Below, piece after piece: positions 50,330 to 62,883 of a stretch of DNA of 64,000 bases. Origin of the DNA: Mobula hypostoma (Eukaryota); the NCBI RefSeq assembly GCF_963921235.1, contig NC_086120.1, positions 22,010,001-22,074,000 of the forward strand. Direction: 5' to 3'. The notes under the pieces were generated by a model. That model had not been told where the DNA came from. It was given only the letters and a program-made list of their open reading frames with translations, and did no database searches. Position 1 is the stretch's first letter. Each line of letters starts with the position of its first letter. Made by a program: the position numbers and the translations under genes.

Positions 50330-51470
50330 AAAGGTTAAGTGAGTGGGCAAAATGTGAAATAGTTCATTTTTGGCAGAAAGAATTTAAAACGTTTATTTAA
50401 ATGGTAAGAGACTATAGGGTTCTGAGATACAAAAGGATCTGAGTGTCCTAGTATATAATTTGTAAAAGCCTACTACACAGGTACAGCAATTGGAAAGTTA
50501 ACAGAATCTGATTATCTATTGCTTAGGGAAAATGAATTCAAAAGTAGGGAAGTTATGCTTCAGTCATATAGGACACTGGTGACAGTACATCAGGAGTTCT
50601 GTGTATAAGGATGTTGCCAGGACTTGAGGACCTGAGTTATAAGGAAAGATTGAACAGGTTAGGATTTTATTCCCTGGAGTGCAGGAGAAAGAGGAGAGAT
50701 CAACAGAATTATAAGGGGTACAGATAGGCTGAATAGGTGTTTGCTCCTCAGTTTGGGTGAGACTAGAAGTAGAGGTCATGGGTTTAAGATGAAAGATGAA
50801 ATACTTAAGGGGAAACTTCTTCACTCAGAGTGTGATGTAAGTGCAGGACGAGCTGCAAGTGGAAGTGGTAGATGCAGGTTCAATTGTAATATTTACAGGA
50901 AGTTTGGATAGGTACGTGAATTGGAAGGGTATGGTCTGGGTGCAGGTAGATGGAACTAGGCCATAGATCAGGTCAGCATAGACTAGATGGGCTGAAGGGT
51001 CTGTTTCTGTGCTTTAGTACTCTATGACTATAACACTGATCTTCTTAAGGATGTTAATGCATTTAAAGCAGTTCACAGAATGTTCACTAGCCCTGGAATG
51101 GAATGATTGGACAGGATAGGTTTGTATCTTGTGGAGTTTAAAAGAGTCAAATGGGGCTTACTTGGGGAGAATTCTTACTCTTGTGAGATAATTTGAAAAT
51201 GGTAGTGACTGTTTAAAATAAGGGTTTGCCCACTTCAGACAGAGATGAAGTGATACTATTTTTCTCAGTCAGCCATAAGTCTTTGGAACTTTTTTGAATA
51301 GTTTTAACCAGGGGTAGATAAGTTCATAATAAGCAAGGGGGTGAAGATTACTGTGGGTAGATGCTAATATGTAACTGAGGTTACAATCAGACCAGATGCG
51401 ATTTGTTTAAATGGTAGAGCAGACTTCAGGGGCACTGTAGCTCCTGCCTGACTCCAATTCAACTGTTCAC
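50330..51470 (+). mobile_element. Nested decayed CR1 fragments
   Basis: CR1 3' ORF2 and UTR similarity to other copies in the window. Confidence 0.7.
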
Positions 51471-52984
51471 ATTTAACTGGATACACATAGCACCATTGCA
51501 AAGCATCAAATGAAAGTCAAGACTGAACTCAACACTCAAAAGCACCCCAATGCCCTCTAACCAGACAGAGTTCCGGACTCTAAATATTAACTAGTTACAT
51601 CCAAAGATGCTGATAGACTGACTGAATTCTTCCAGCAGTTCAGTTTTTGTTTCAGATTCCAGCATCTGCAGTTCAATATTTTTCGAGAATTAAGTAGAAT
51701 ATCAATTTTTATGTAAGAAGTGGAATCGCTCTTTTGCACCAAACAAGAGTTCACTATCAATAGTAACACGATTGACCAGTTTTTAAATCTTTGCTTGGAT
51801 AACCCTTTGTTTCCTCAAGTAATTTCAATGCATCTGAACTCAGTAAGCACACTGGTCTTTGATTATTACAGAATGGCATGTACAACAATGTAGCACTCCC
51901 TCACTGTAACAGTAATGAATATCGTAAATACAGCTTGTACTCAGCGCTATATTATATCATACAAATAATTTGCAAATGACAGTTTCTTAAAAGCATAACA
52001 TGATTTTATAAAACCTGATAATTATAAAACATTTCCTTAAATTTGCTTATGCACCATAAAATTATATTTACCGATATGAATTATAGTGAAAACCCAAAAT
52101 GAGATGTGTATTGCTGGGCCTAAAGCATTATTATTATTCAAAGCCTGGATATTGCCCAAGCACAATCTAATCATTTCATAATGATGGCTCTAATTTACTG
52201 TCATGAGATTATTGGGTCCTTAGTCTATAGCTGCGCAGTGTTAGGTGTCTTAAAGAACTGGAAAATTTTCAAGGATTGTCTGTTATCCAAAGCTTGTCAA
52301 TTGCATAATATTTGTTGCTGTCAGAATAAGAGGATTAGAAAGGTTTAGTTCTAATCCCTTCTACTTGAATCGTCCTTGTGCAGTAGTGGTCAGTCTTTTT
52401 TTGGCAGAACTAAATGAAGAATAGCAGGCTTGCTGAGGTGGATGACTAGTAAAGCAGTAAAGCTTAGTAATACAGGGATCTTCAACTGTGCACTTAACCC
52501 TGGTGCTTGTTGTATTGCATGTGTAATAGGGCAACAATATCTAATGACATTCTGGATAATGGAGTATCCATTTTTATGGATTATATTTGCTCACATAACA
52601 AAATTGTAGGAGAATTGCCCCAAATATTGGTAATGTTTTAAGAGCCGGGTCAGTTAACTGTATCCTGAGTAAGGTTAACATTTACACTGCAGTCATATAT
52701 CTGACAAAAAACAAGTACTTGACATTACCTTCAGGCAAGGTATATTAAGAATAGAACAAAACCCAGATTTGTACCTCGAAATAAAAAAAAGAAAATGCTG
52801 GAAATAGCAGGGCCAGCAATATCAGACAACATTTACAGAGAAAAAAATCAGTGAGTCAGGCTAATGACTTTCGTTAGAAAAGATGGTGCTGAAGGTATAT
52901 GGCAGCTTTTTTTCTGGGCAGCTCATAAAACTACTAGATATTCTACTAGTAGTTCTACTGCTAATATTCTACTCCTAGATATTG

Positions 52985-54190
52985 GCGGGGGAGGGGTGGG
53001 AACCAGAGTGAAGGACTCAGGATAGGATGGATGGTAAAAAAGCAAAGATAGTGTGCAGTCAGGCTGTCTGATAGTGGGCAGGCAGGTGACAGGATATAAC
53101 TGCAGTTAGCAGAGTGAGTATCAATGTATTAGGGATGCAGAATCAAAACGGGTAACAAATACAATACTTAAAAGTGTTGCATCTCAATGCACGGAGTATA
53201 AGAGATAAGGTGGATGATCTTGTTGCACTATTACAGATTGTCAGGTATGACGTTGTGGCCATCACTGAATTGTGCCTGAAGGATGATTGTAGTTGGGAGC
53301 TGAATGTCCAAGGTTACACGTTGTATCAGAGGAATAGGAAGGTCAGCAGAGGGGGTGGTGTGGCTCTGCTGATAAAGAATGGCATCAAATCAGTAGAACG
53401 ATGTGATTTAGGATTGGAAGATGTTGAATCCTTGTGGGTTGAGTTAAGAAACTGCAAGGGTAAAAGGACCCTGATGGCAGTTATATACAGGTCTCTCAAC
53501 AGTAGCTGGGATGTGGAATACAGATTACAACAGGAACTAGAAAAGGCATATCAAAAGGGCAATGTTATGATAGTTGTGGGAGATTTCAACATCCAGGTCA
53601 ATTGGGAAAAACAGGTTGGAAATGGATCTCAAGAGAGTAAGTTTGTTGAATGCCTACAAGATAGCTTTTTGGAGCAGTTTGTCATTGAACCTGCTGGAGG
53701 ATCAGCTATACTGGATTGGGTGTTGTGTAATGAACCAGAGGTGATTGGGGAGCTCAAGGTAGAAGAACCCTTAGGAGCCAGTAATCACAATAGGATTGAG
53801 TTCAACTTGAAGTTTGATAGGGAGAAAGTAGAGTATTTCAGTGGAGTAAGGGAAATTACAGTCGTATGAGACAGGAGATGGCCAAAGTAAATTGGAAGGA
53901 GATGCTGGCAGGGATGACAGCAGAGCAGCAATGGCTTGAGTTTCTGGGAAAAATGAGGAAATTGAAGGATAGATGTATTCCAAAAATGAAGAAATACTCA
54001 AATGGCGAAATAGTACAACCGTGGATAACAAAGGAAGTCAAAGCAAATGTAAAAGCAGAAGAGAGGGCATATAACAAAGCAAAAATTAGTTAGAAGACAG
54101 AGGATTGGACAATAGCAAAGTGGATAGTAAAAGCTTTTTCAAGCATTTAAAAAATAAAAGTGAGATGAGAGTGGATATGGGACTGCTAAG
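52985..54190 (+). mobile_element. CR1 LINE ORF2 5' part (APE endonuclease)
   Basis: LNARSI, DVVAITE, RGGGVAL, VGDFN and ILDWVL motifs in ORF 53174..53869. Confidence 0.9.
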
Positions 54191-55701
54191 AAAAGGATTT
54201 GGTGACTTTGACTCTCAGGAATGCAGGTATGGCACCTTGAAGGTTGGCCATCACTGGAAGAGAAGGCACCAGGGTGGACTTCATGCCAGATTAAAGCATT
54301 GAGATCTGACAGCAGAAAACAAACTGGTGTTCAGCCAAGATCCCCCACCTGAGCCTATCCTGTCTGCCTGCGTTTGACATGTCTCCTTCTCTTCTTGCTA
54401 CTATCATCAGGTAAGAGGTGCAGGAGTCCTGGGTCCCATGCCACCATGTTCAGGAACAGTTGGTCCTCTACAACCATTAGGTTCCTAGACTGGCATGGGT
54501 GGCTTCACTTGCCTCAGCACTGAAGTGAGTACACAGCCTGTAGTCTCACATTCAGGAACTCTGCCTTTGTTATGTAAGGTTTTTCATGGATTCTGTTGTA
54601 CTTCTTTATTTTCCTGTGCTTGCCTGCAAGAAAATGAACCTCAAGGTTTTATATGGTATACACACTTTGATAAATTTACTTTGAACTTTAGACTTTGAAA
54701 TGCGTTTGGTTTTAAGATGCTGGGAAAAGGGAAGGAGAAAAGAAAACAAAACAACTGTAAACAACACAAACAAAAAATGCTGGTGAACGCAGTAGGCTAG
54801 GCAGCATCTATAGCTGAGAGAAAGGAGAGATTAAATGACAAAGGGTAATTTTTGGTGAACGGTGGTGATAATGGTGTCAGTTAGGGAGCTATATCAACGC
54901 AGATTCATTTGTGCAAATTACCACAGATGTTTATGATGATGGAAATCTGAAATAAAAATGCTGAAAATCCTGATTGCCTGAAACTGTTGAACTCTGGAAT
55001 ATGGAAGGTACAATCTGCTGTTCTCAAGTTTATATTCAGCTTTATTTTAGCTGTGTAGGAAGCTGAGAACACAGAACGGACATAATGTGGAGAATTAAAT
55101 TGATGGTCGACTAGAAGCTGAAGGTCATTCTTGTGGAGCAAATCAAAGTGTCCCGCAAAAGGGTCACTCATTTGGCACTTATTCTCTCTAAAGGTCACAA
55201 TTTCAGCATCAACATAAATTTAAAATAAGTGTAAGTTAACGAAATGGGTCTGAACCAATATTGTTAGAAATGGAAAGCAACATCTTACCGCCTATTTGAT
55301 ATTAGAATTCATTTGGCTATAGAGTGTAAACTTTTAAAATGTTTGTACAATATCAGATTTAGAGGTGTAAAGTGAAAGGAGTAAACTGATAAGTTACATA
55401 GCTAGACCTGCAAATCAACCAGCAGACAGGGAGATGAATTTTAATATTACAAGAATAACTGAGTACAATATATAGACAAAATGGCTTGAATCTAAAGGGT
55501 ATGCTGCTATAAAGGAATTTGGGTATATTGTGTCATAAAGTACAGAACCTTTATATAAATACTGAATAGCCATCAAAACTGAAGTATTGCATTCAATTTT
55601 GATCATCACTTTAGGAAAGATGAAAATTCCAAAGGAGGTGCCGAAAAAAATACAAGGATGTTCAAATGATGAAAGATTTCAGCTAACAGGTTTTACTGAG
55701 A

Positions 55702-55862
55702 CAAGCAACACACATAAAAGTTTCTGGTGAACGCAGCAGGCCAGGCAGCATCTCTAGGAAGAGGTGCAGTCGACGTTTCAGGCCGAGACCCTTCGTCAGG
55801 ACTAACAGCAACTTTTATGTGTGTTGCTTGAATTTCCAGCATCTGCAGAATTCCTGTTGTTT
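55702..55862. mobile_element. 161-bp Penelope-derived fold-back element with perfect 14-bp TSD and intact hammerhead motif (55767..55804, -)
   Basis: AGGTTTTACTGAGA at 55688..55701 and 55863..55876. Inverted caagcaacacacataaaag arms; CUGACGA/GAAA/GUC core. Confidence 0.85.
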
Positions 55863-56296
55863 AGGTTTTACTGAGAGTTGGAATTCTTCTTGGAGAAATG
55901 AAGGTGAAGAGAAGATATGATAGAAATATTGTTTTAGATAATATAGAAAGAAGCTGTACCGATGATCACAGATTCAATGATCAAGTAACAGATGCAAGGA
56001 CAGATGTGAAAAAATGGTAATCATTAAAATCTCATTTCCTGTAAGGATGGTAGATGCAGTTAATTGTAGATTTTGAAAGAAAATTTGAAAGGTAGTTCAG
56101 TGAATGTAAGTTTCAGGGTGAAGAGAAAAGATGAATAGGGCTGGTAACATTATTCTACAAGGAGCTTGCAACATCAAATTGTCTCTCTCTGTGCTACAAC
56201 AGTTCTATGATTTGTAGCACCTCACCGTGTGTTACTTGTTTTCCAGAATATTGGGTCTTCATTACCCAGTCTCTATCTATCACCTGTGTCATGGTA

Positions 56297-56606
56297 CATA
56301 GGCATCAGTTAGTCTTGTGAGAACATAGATTTGTGCCTTGGAAGGTTTCCAGGGCGCAGGCCTGGGCAAGGTTGTATGGAAGACCGGCAGTTGCCCGTGC
56401 TTCCAGTCTCCCCTTTCCACGCCACCCATGTTGTCTAAGGGAAGGGCACTAGGGCCGATACAGCTTGGCACTGGTGTTGTCGCAGAGCAATATGTGGTTA
56501 AGTGCCTTGCTCAAGGACACAACACGCTGCCTCAGCTGGGGTTTTTGAACTAGCGACCTTCAGAACACTAGACCGACGCCTTAACCACTTGGCCACGCAC
56601 CAACAC
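56297..56606 (-). mobile_element. tRNA-head SINE with CORE-like body and RTE-like tail
   Basis: A-box TGGCCAAGTGG (56585..56595), degenerate B-box, gtgtccttgagcaaggcacttaac body. Confidence 0.7.
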
Positions 56607-56916
56607 ATAGCGGGTATAACATATTTCTGTAAACAAGTTTATGCCTGACAATAAGTGCCAGAGTTTGCCCCTACAAGTGTCCTTGTCTTGCTCAGAATGA
56701 AGATATAGATACAATACATTTTCAACAACATTCCTGCATTAAAGTGGGTTATAGAAATAATTTCTCATTTCTGCTATAGTCCATTCTCCTCTCCTTTCAG
56801 ATTCCTTCTTTTCAGGCCCTTGACCTTTTCCTCCCACCTGGTTTCACCTATCACCTTCCAGCTAGCCTCCTTCCCCTCCCCCCACCTTTTTATACTGGCG
56901 TCTTCCCCTTCCTTCC

Positions 56917-56954
56917 CAGTCCTGAAGAATGGTCTTGGCCTGAAACGTTGACTG
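56917..56954 (+). ncRNA. Minimal hammerhead ribozyme motif in a Penelope pLTR (56780..57055)
   Basis: CAGUC-CUGAAGA-AUGGUCUUGGCCU-GAAA-CGUU-GACUG. Confidence 0.6.
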
Positions 56955-58741
56955 TTTTATTCATTTCCATAGATGCTGCCCGACGTGCTAAGTTCCTCTG
57001 GCATTATGCATGTGTTGCTTTGGATTTCCAACATCTGCAGCCTTTCTCGTGTTAATAATTAGATTTGTTTTGAGAAATTTGAAATGAAATACAGTGTATA
57101 TATATTCTAAGGAAGCTTGGGCCTAGGCATTTACTTGCTAGACAAAAGATATTACAGGAGACGTGTAAGAAAGCTAGAAGTTAAATAATTTTTGAAGCAA
57201 TTCTTAATTTGGCAGAAAAAGCTAAACCTTTAGTTGAACCAAACTTAACTCTAAATTAATTCTTAGATTTTTCCAAACCCCAGAAGAGCAAAGCAACAAT
57301 ATTCAATTGAGAGATAAAGTTGCGCCAAGTTATTTAAGTGAGCCAAGAACATGATGAAAGAAGAAACTCTAAATGATGACTGTGGCCAAGAACATCAGTC
57401 TTCCAGCAGGGAAACAAAATTACTTGGATCAGCCTTCTCTAGAAAAAGGTTGCATATTGTATCTAACTTTTCATTTAGGGAGTAGCTGAATTTCATGTCA
57501 AGTTGAATAATTACTGTAGGTTTAACCTTGCTAACTCTATTATAGTCCTGGATGTTGAAAGTTCTCTTTAAGTAGGAACTCAGCCACAACTGGGAAACGT
57601 TGAGGAATCAAGCACTCAATGTAATTCTAGCAATACACACAAAATGCTGGAGGAACTCAGCAGGCCAGGCAGCATCTATTGGTCTTGGCCTGAAAAACCA
57701 ACTATATATTTTTCCCCTAGATGCTGTCTGGCCTGCTGAGTTCCTCCAGCATTTCGTGTGTGTTGCTTTGATTTCCAGCGTCTCCAGATTTTCTTTTGCT
57801 TTTCATTGTAATTCTTCATGCTCGTCCATTAAGTGTCATTAACTGTGTTTTTAATTGTTTAATTAATTAAATTGGTGTTGGTACTTTCTTGTGTTTAGCT
57901 TTATCATTGAATTTGTTCAGTATTCTGGTTATGATGTGTTTGGGCTCACCTTCTTGATAAAATAATATTACTAAAAGCATACAGTGATTCAAGCCCTGAT
58001 GTGAAACTAGTGAAAGGGGAAATGGTACAGCTACCATCCTTTGGCATGCATAATGTTTTAAAATCATAGTCTTAGAGTTAAATGGTACAGAAACAGGTCC
58101 TGTGACCCTACTGGTCCAAGACGACCAAGATGCCCCATTCAATCTAGGCTTAATTGTCAGTGTTTGAATGGCCTTCTGAACCTTTCCAATTATTGTACAT
58201 ATCAAAATGTCTTTTAAAAGCTATTATTGTACTTTCCTCTACCACATCCCCTGCCAGCACATCCACATAGATACCACCCTACACGTAAGAGAGTTGCCCA
58301 TTGTGTTCTTAAGTCTTTCCCCTCATTTCTGATCTGTTATTAAATTAACTTACACTTAACAGGTAGCAATTCAGTAATTAGATCTTCTGATCATTTTCAC
58401 AGAATGAGCTAGATCAATGCTTCTCAGAAACTAGTCCAGCCCAATGAGATTTTATTAAAAGTAGTTATCAGTATTTTAAAGTGACACACATTTAAATTGT
58501 AAATGGAGAAAAATTTAGAAGAATCCTGAATAGCTCAGAGTAAATTTACTTCCTTAGTAAAATTAGGAAAACAGAAACATGATCGATGCATTACATGAGT
58601 GAAGAACCTGGGTAGGTATGTGGCCAGATCTGCCGGCTGGACTATTGTCCAGAATTTAGACCTAAAAACTGAAGTACATCTGGAGAAATAATATCTGCAG
58701 TTTATTTCAGGAACAGAATGTGTGTAAAAGGCACATTAATA

Positions 58742-59753
58742 CTGTGACTAGTGGTGTGCCACAGGGATCAGTGCTGAGTCCATTGTTACTTGTCATGTAT
58801 ATCAATGATCTGGATGATAATGTGGTAAATTGGATCAGCAAATTTGCTGATGATACAAAGATTGGAGGCGTAGTGGACAGTGGGGAAGGTTTTCAAAGCT
58901 TGCAGAGGGATTTGGACCAGCTGGAAAAATGGGCTGAAAAATGGCAGATGGAGTTTAATACCGACAAGTGTGAGGTATTGCACTTTGGAAGGACAAACCA
59001 AGGTAGAACATGCAGGGTAAATGGTAAGGCACTGAGGACTGCAATAGAAGAGAAGGATCTGGGAATACAGTTGCAAAATTCCCTAAAAGTGGCATAGATA
59101 GGGTCGTAAAGAGAACTTTTGGTACATTGGCCTTTATTAATCAAAGTATTGAGTATAAGAGCTGGAATGTTATGATGAGGTTGTATAAGGCATTGGTGAG
59201 GCCGAATCTGGAGTATGGTGTTCAGTTTTGGTCACCAAATTACAGGAAGGATATAAATAAGGTTGAAAGAGTGCAGAGAAGGTTTACAAGGATGATGCCG
59301 GGACTTGAGAAACTCAGTTACAGAGAAAGGTTGAATAGGTTAGGACTTTATTCCCTGGAGCGTAGAAGAATGAGGGGAGATTTGATAGAGGTATATAAAA
59401 TTATGATGGGTATAGATAGAGTGAATGCAAACAGGTTTTTTCCACTGAGGCAAGGAGAGAAAAAAACCAGAGGACATGGTTTAAGGGTGAAGGGGGAAGA
59501 ATTTAAAGGGAACATTGGGGGAGGGGGCTTCTTCACACAGAGAGTGGTGGGAGTGTGGAATGAGCTGCCAGATGAGGTGGTAAATGTGGGTTCTTTTTTA
59601 ACATTTAAGAATAAATTGGACAGATACATGGATGGGAGGAGTATGGAGGGATATGGTCCGTGTGCAGGTCAGTGGGACTAGGCAGAAAATAGTTCGGCAC
59701 AGCCAAGAGGGCCAAAAGGCCTGTTTCTGGGCTGTAGTTTTTCTATGGTTTCT
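58742..59753 (+). mobile_element. CR1 LINE 3' ~1 kb
   Basis: SGVPQGSVL and KFADD motifs, one ORF break near 59097, tail ttctatggtttcta. Confidence 0.92.
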
Positions 59754-59899
59754 AATCACCCTCTGAATCACCTTTCAGGCACCCTCATGTATGAAAGGAA
59801 AACAAGATTTTAGAAATAAGAGAGATTTGAGGATATGGAAAGGCTTCAAATAATCTAAATAGCTAAGTAAATGGACATAGGCATAGCATTCAGAGTTCA

Positions 59900-62240
59900 G
59901 TAGTATGGAAATCTGCATAACAATCTTGTAATTAAGGGAAGAGTGATCACAATATGACAGAAGTTTATCTAATAATTGAATATGATTTGGTTTAATCTGA
60001 AACCAGGCTTTTGAAAGAAAATAAAGTGAACTACAAAGGATAAGGCATGAGCTATCTATAGCAAAACAGAAACTAAATTTAAAAAGCATGATGGCAAAAT
60101 GTAATATTCAAAGGATGAATGTACTGGTCACAACAAATACATATCTATCCCTTCAGACACAAAGATCTAGCTAAAAAGTGGTAATAAGAGAAATTAAAGA
60201 TTGTACTAAATCAAGAGGAATAGGCTTATATATTGTCAAAAAGAATAGCAAGTCCATTGATAAAATCACAATGATTGGAAAAGGAAAGGGAAAGTAATCT
60301 TCTCAAAACAGGAATGCAAAAGCTTTGATATAAGTGTAAAGAGGAAAAAAGTAGCAAAAGTTAATGTGGGTCACATATTGTGAGACAGGAGAAATTATGT
60401 TGGGGAAGTAAGGAACTGACAGGGAATTTAAATAAAGTTCCCTGGTTGTTTTTCTGAAAGAAGTCACAAAAACACCATTGGACAAAAAAACAACAAATAG
60501 AGTGAAAGAAGAGCTGATAGCTATCAGCATTAGTTTAAACCAAAAGACACTAAGGAAATTAATAGATTAAAAGTGAATAAATCCCTAGGACCTAACAGAC
60601 CTGCATTCAAGTTTTGAATAAGGTGCCCATGAATTCAGTAGATACACTAATACTTTCCAAAATTGTATATATTCTAGTGTTGTTCCCACTAATTTGAAGA
60701 TAAATGTAACCCAGTTATTTAGGAAAAGAGGGAGAGGGAGAGGGAAAACGGGGAGCTGCAGATTAGCTAGCTAAATATCAGTAAAGAGAAGGTGATAATA
60801 GAATTGGGAATTATGAAAAAAACTCATGTTTGATCAATCCATTAGAGTTGTGGATTCATACTGCATGGAAATAGGCCCATTGGCTGACATTGAACACTAA
60901 TCTACACTAATCTACACTAACCATACTCTAATTACATTTTATTCTCTTCACATTAGTTACTCACATTCACACATAGGATAATTTACAGTAATAAATTAAC
61001 CTATTGACCTGCACGTCTTTGGGATCTGGCAGGAAATGGGAGCGCCCAGCAGAAACCCACAAAGTTACAGAGGGAGCATACAATGTCCACACTGAGCCAG
61101 AAGTTAGGATTGAACCCAGGTTACTGGACTTGTGAGGCAGTTGCTGCTCCATACTGTTCAGAGGAACTTACTAGCAGAATCAATGGGGTTTGGGAAGAGG
61201 TTTCAGTGTATCTCCTGGATCCATTGGACTTTCAGGAAGCATTTGATGGTCTACCATATTAGGAGATATTAAACTAAATTAGAGACCTTAGATTGGGGAA
61301 CTCTTTAATGAATAGAAAATGGAGACTAGGAATGAACAGATCATTTTCAGGTTGGCAGCCTGTGATGGATCAGCGCTGAATCCTAACTCTTTACGATCTA
61401 TAAGAATGGTCTGGATGCAATGATGAAGCCAACGATGCAAAGCTAGGTACCAGCATGAGTAATTAAGAGGAAAATGAAGTCCTTGGGAGAAACAAATTAT
61501 GGGGCATAGGAGATGGAATACAATATGGAAATATATCAAGTCATCGACTTTGGTAGAAAAAGTAGCAAAGTTTTTTTTTAAGTAGAGAGGGGGAAAGATT
61601 TCGATGTTCAGAAGTTCCCAGATAACCACACTAATCATTGCAAATTAATGGGTTGGCTAGAGAAGGCAATTAGGAGGGCAAATGTTATGTTGTCTTTGCT
61701 ATAAAAAGGATTTCAATATAAGAGTAAAGATATTTCACCTTAATTATTTAAGGCTCGGCGACACTTTCTCAAATATGGTGTACAGATTTATTTTTCCCAA
61801 CTAAGGAAGGACAAAATTGCAATTAAGGAACTGGTTCAACAAATTGATTTCTAAGATAGTACTGTTTCAGACCCAACTCAGCCCACCTTATCCTGAATAC
61901 AAAAGACTGAAATGTACATTTTTCACAAGGTTTTACGGAGCAACACCAGGTATGACCTTACTCCTGTCTGGCTTGAGTGTGTATAACTGAGGGTCACACT
62001 TTCAAATTGAGGGTCAATCACTCAGATTGGAGCTGAGATTTAATTTCAAAGAGAGGGTGGCGAATCTTTGAAACTCTTTGCAAGAGTCACTAAGTACACC
62101 TAAAACAAATATCGGAAAATTTTGAATGCCACGAAATAAAGGGATGTGGATCAGAGCAGAAAAATAAAGCCGAGGTAAAATATCCATGGTCTTAATGAAC
62201 AGCGCAACTGGGGCGAAAGGCTTCTATTTCTTCTTCCACA
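59900..62240 (+). mobile_element. Highly decayed CR1 with an embedded V-SINE-like element (~60960-61150, -)
   Basis: Remnant CR1 motifs (aaatccctaggacc; ttggactttcaggaagcatttga). Confidence 0.6.
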
Positions 62241-62659
62241 CGCACCCCTGTGCACCACTATTTTGGAATTGACATTATCCCCAAATAAAGCCAGTGAGAC
62301 ACACGACTGGCTTTCTGAGGTAGGCAACGGCTTAGAAGCAGCAGCTGAGACGATGCACACCTCACAAGAGGCCGGAGGAACTCAGCTGGCCAGGCAGCAT
62401 TTGTGGAGGGAAAAGCTCAGTCGACGATTGGGGTCGAAACCCTTCACCTGGATCTCGACCCCGAACGTTGACAGTCCATTTCCACCCCCCACAGACACTG
62501 CTGGATCCGCTGAGCTCCTCCAGTCTACCTGTGTCTCAGTTTAATCTTATCCACAAAGTTTGCTTGTCACGGAATATTTATTTGAAAGACAAAGGGCATA
62601 CACCTCATACTAAAGCTTGACACTCACTTCACATAGTTAATTACAGTACTTTTCTCTCA

Positions 62660-62760
62660 AAGCGCAGCACCGCTCCGCGCATGCGTTCTACCGCACGCCG
62701 GGGGGGGGAGAGACACGATCACGTGGTTCAGATCTCGCGGAGGTACCGCGGTCTCGCGGT
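62660..62760 (+). promoter_or_regulatory. NDUFA11 CpG-island promoter with NRF1-like site and E-box
   Basis: CGCGCATGCG at 62676..62685, CACGTG at 62720..62725, TCTCGCGG at 62733 and 62752. Confidence 0.7.
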
Positions 62761-62804
62761 GTTTGGATCGTTTCCCCAGTGACGGTGTCCTTGAGGTCGC
62801 GGCG

Positions 62805-62883
62805 ATGGGTTACTGGGACTCGGCGGATGGGGATGACTGTCCGAGTAAAACCTGGGAGACGACGCGGCTCGGGGCAGGCCTCG
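62805..62883 (+). CDS. ndufa11: NADH dehydrogenase 1 alpha subcomplex subunit 11, exon 1 (gene continues beyond the window)
   Basis: MGYWDSADGDDCPSKTWETTRLGAGL matches the YWD..DG.DC..K...TT N-terminus of NDUFA11. gcgATGG start and phase-1 donor G|gtaggt. Confidence 0.85.

Noticed and set aside
56520-56606. tRNA-like sequence
   Set aside because: SINE head with a degenerate B-box and no full cloverleaf.
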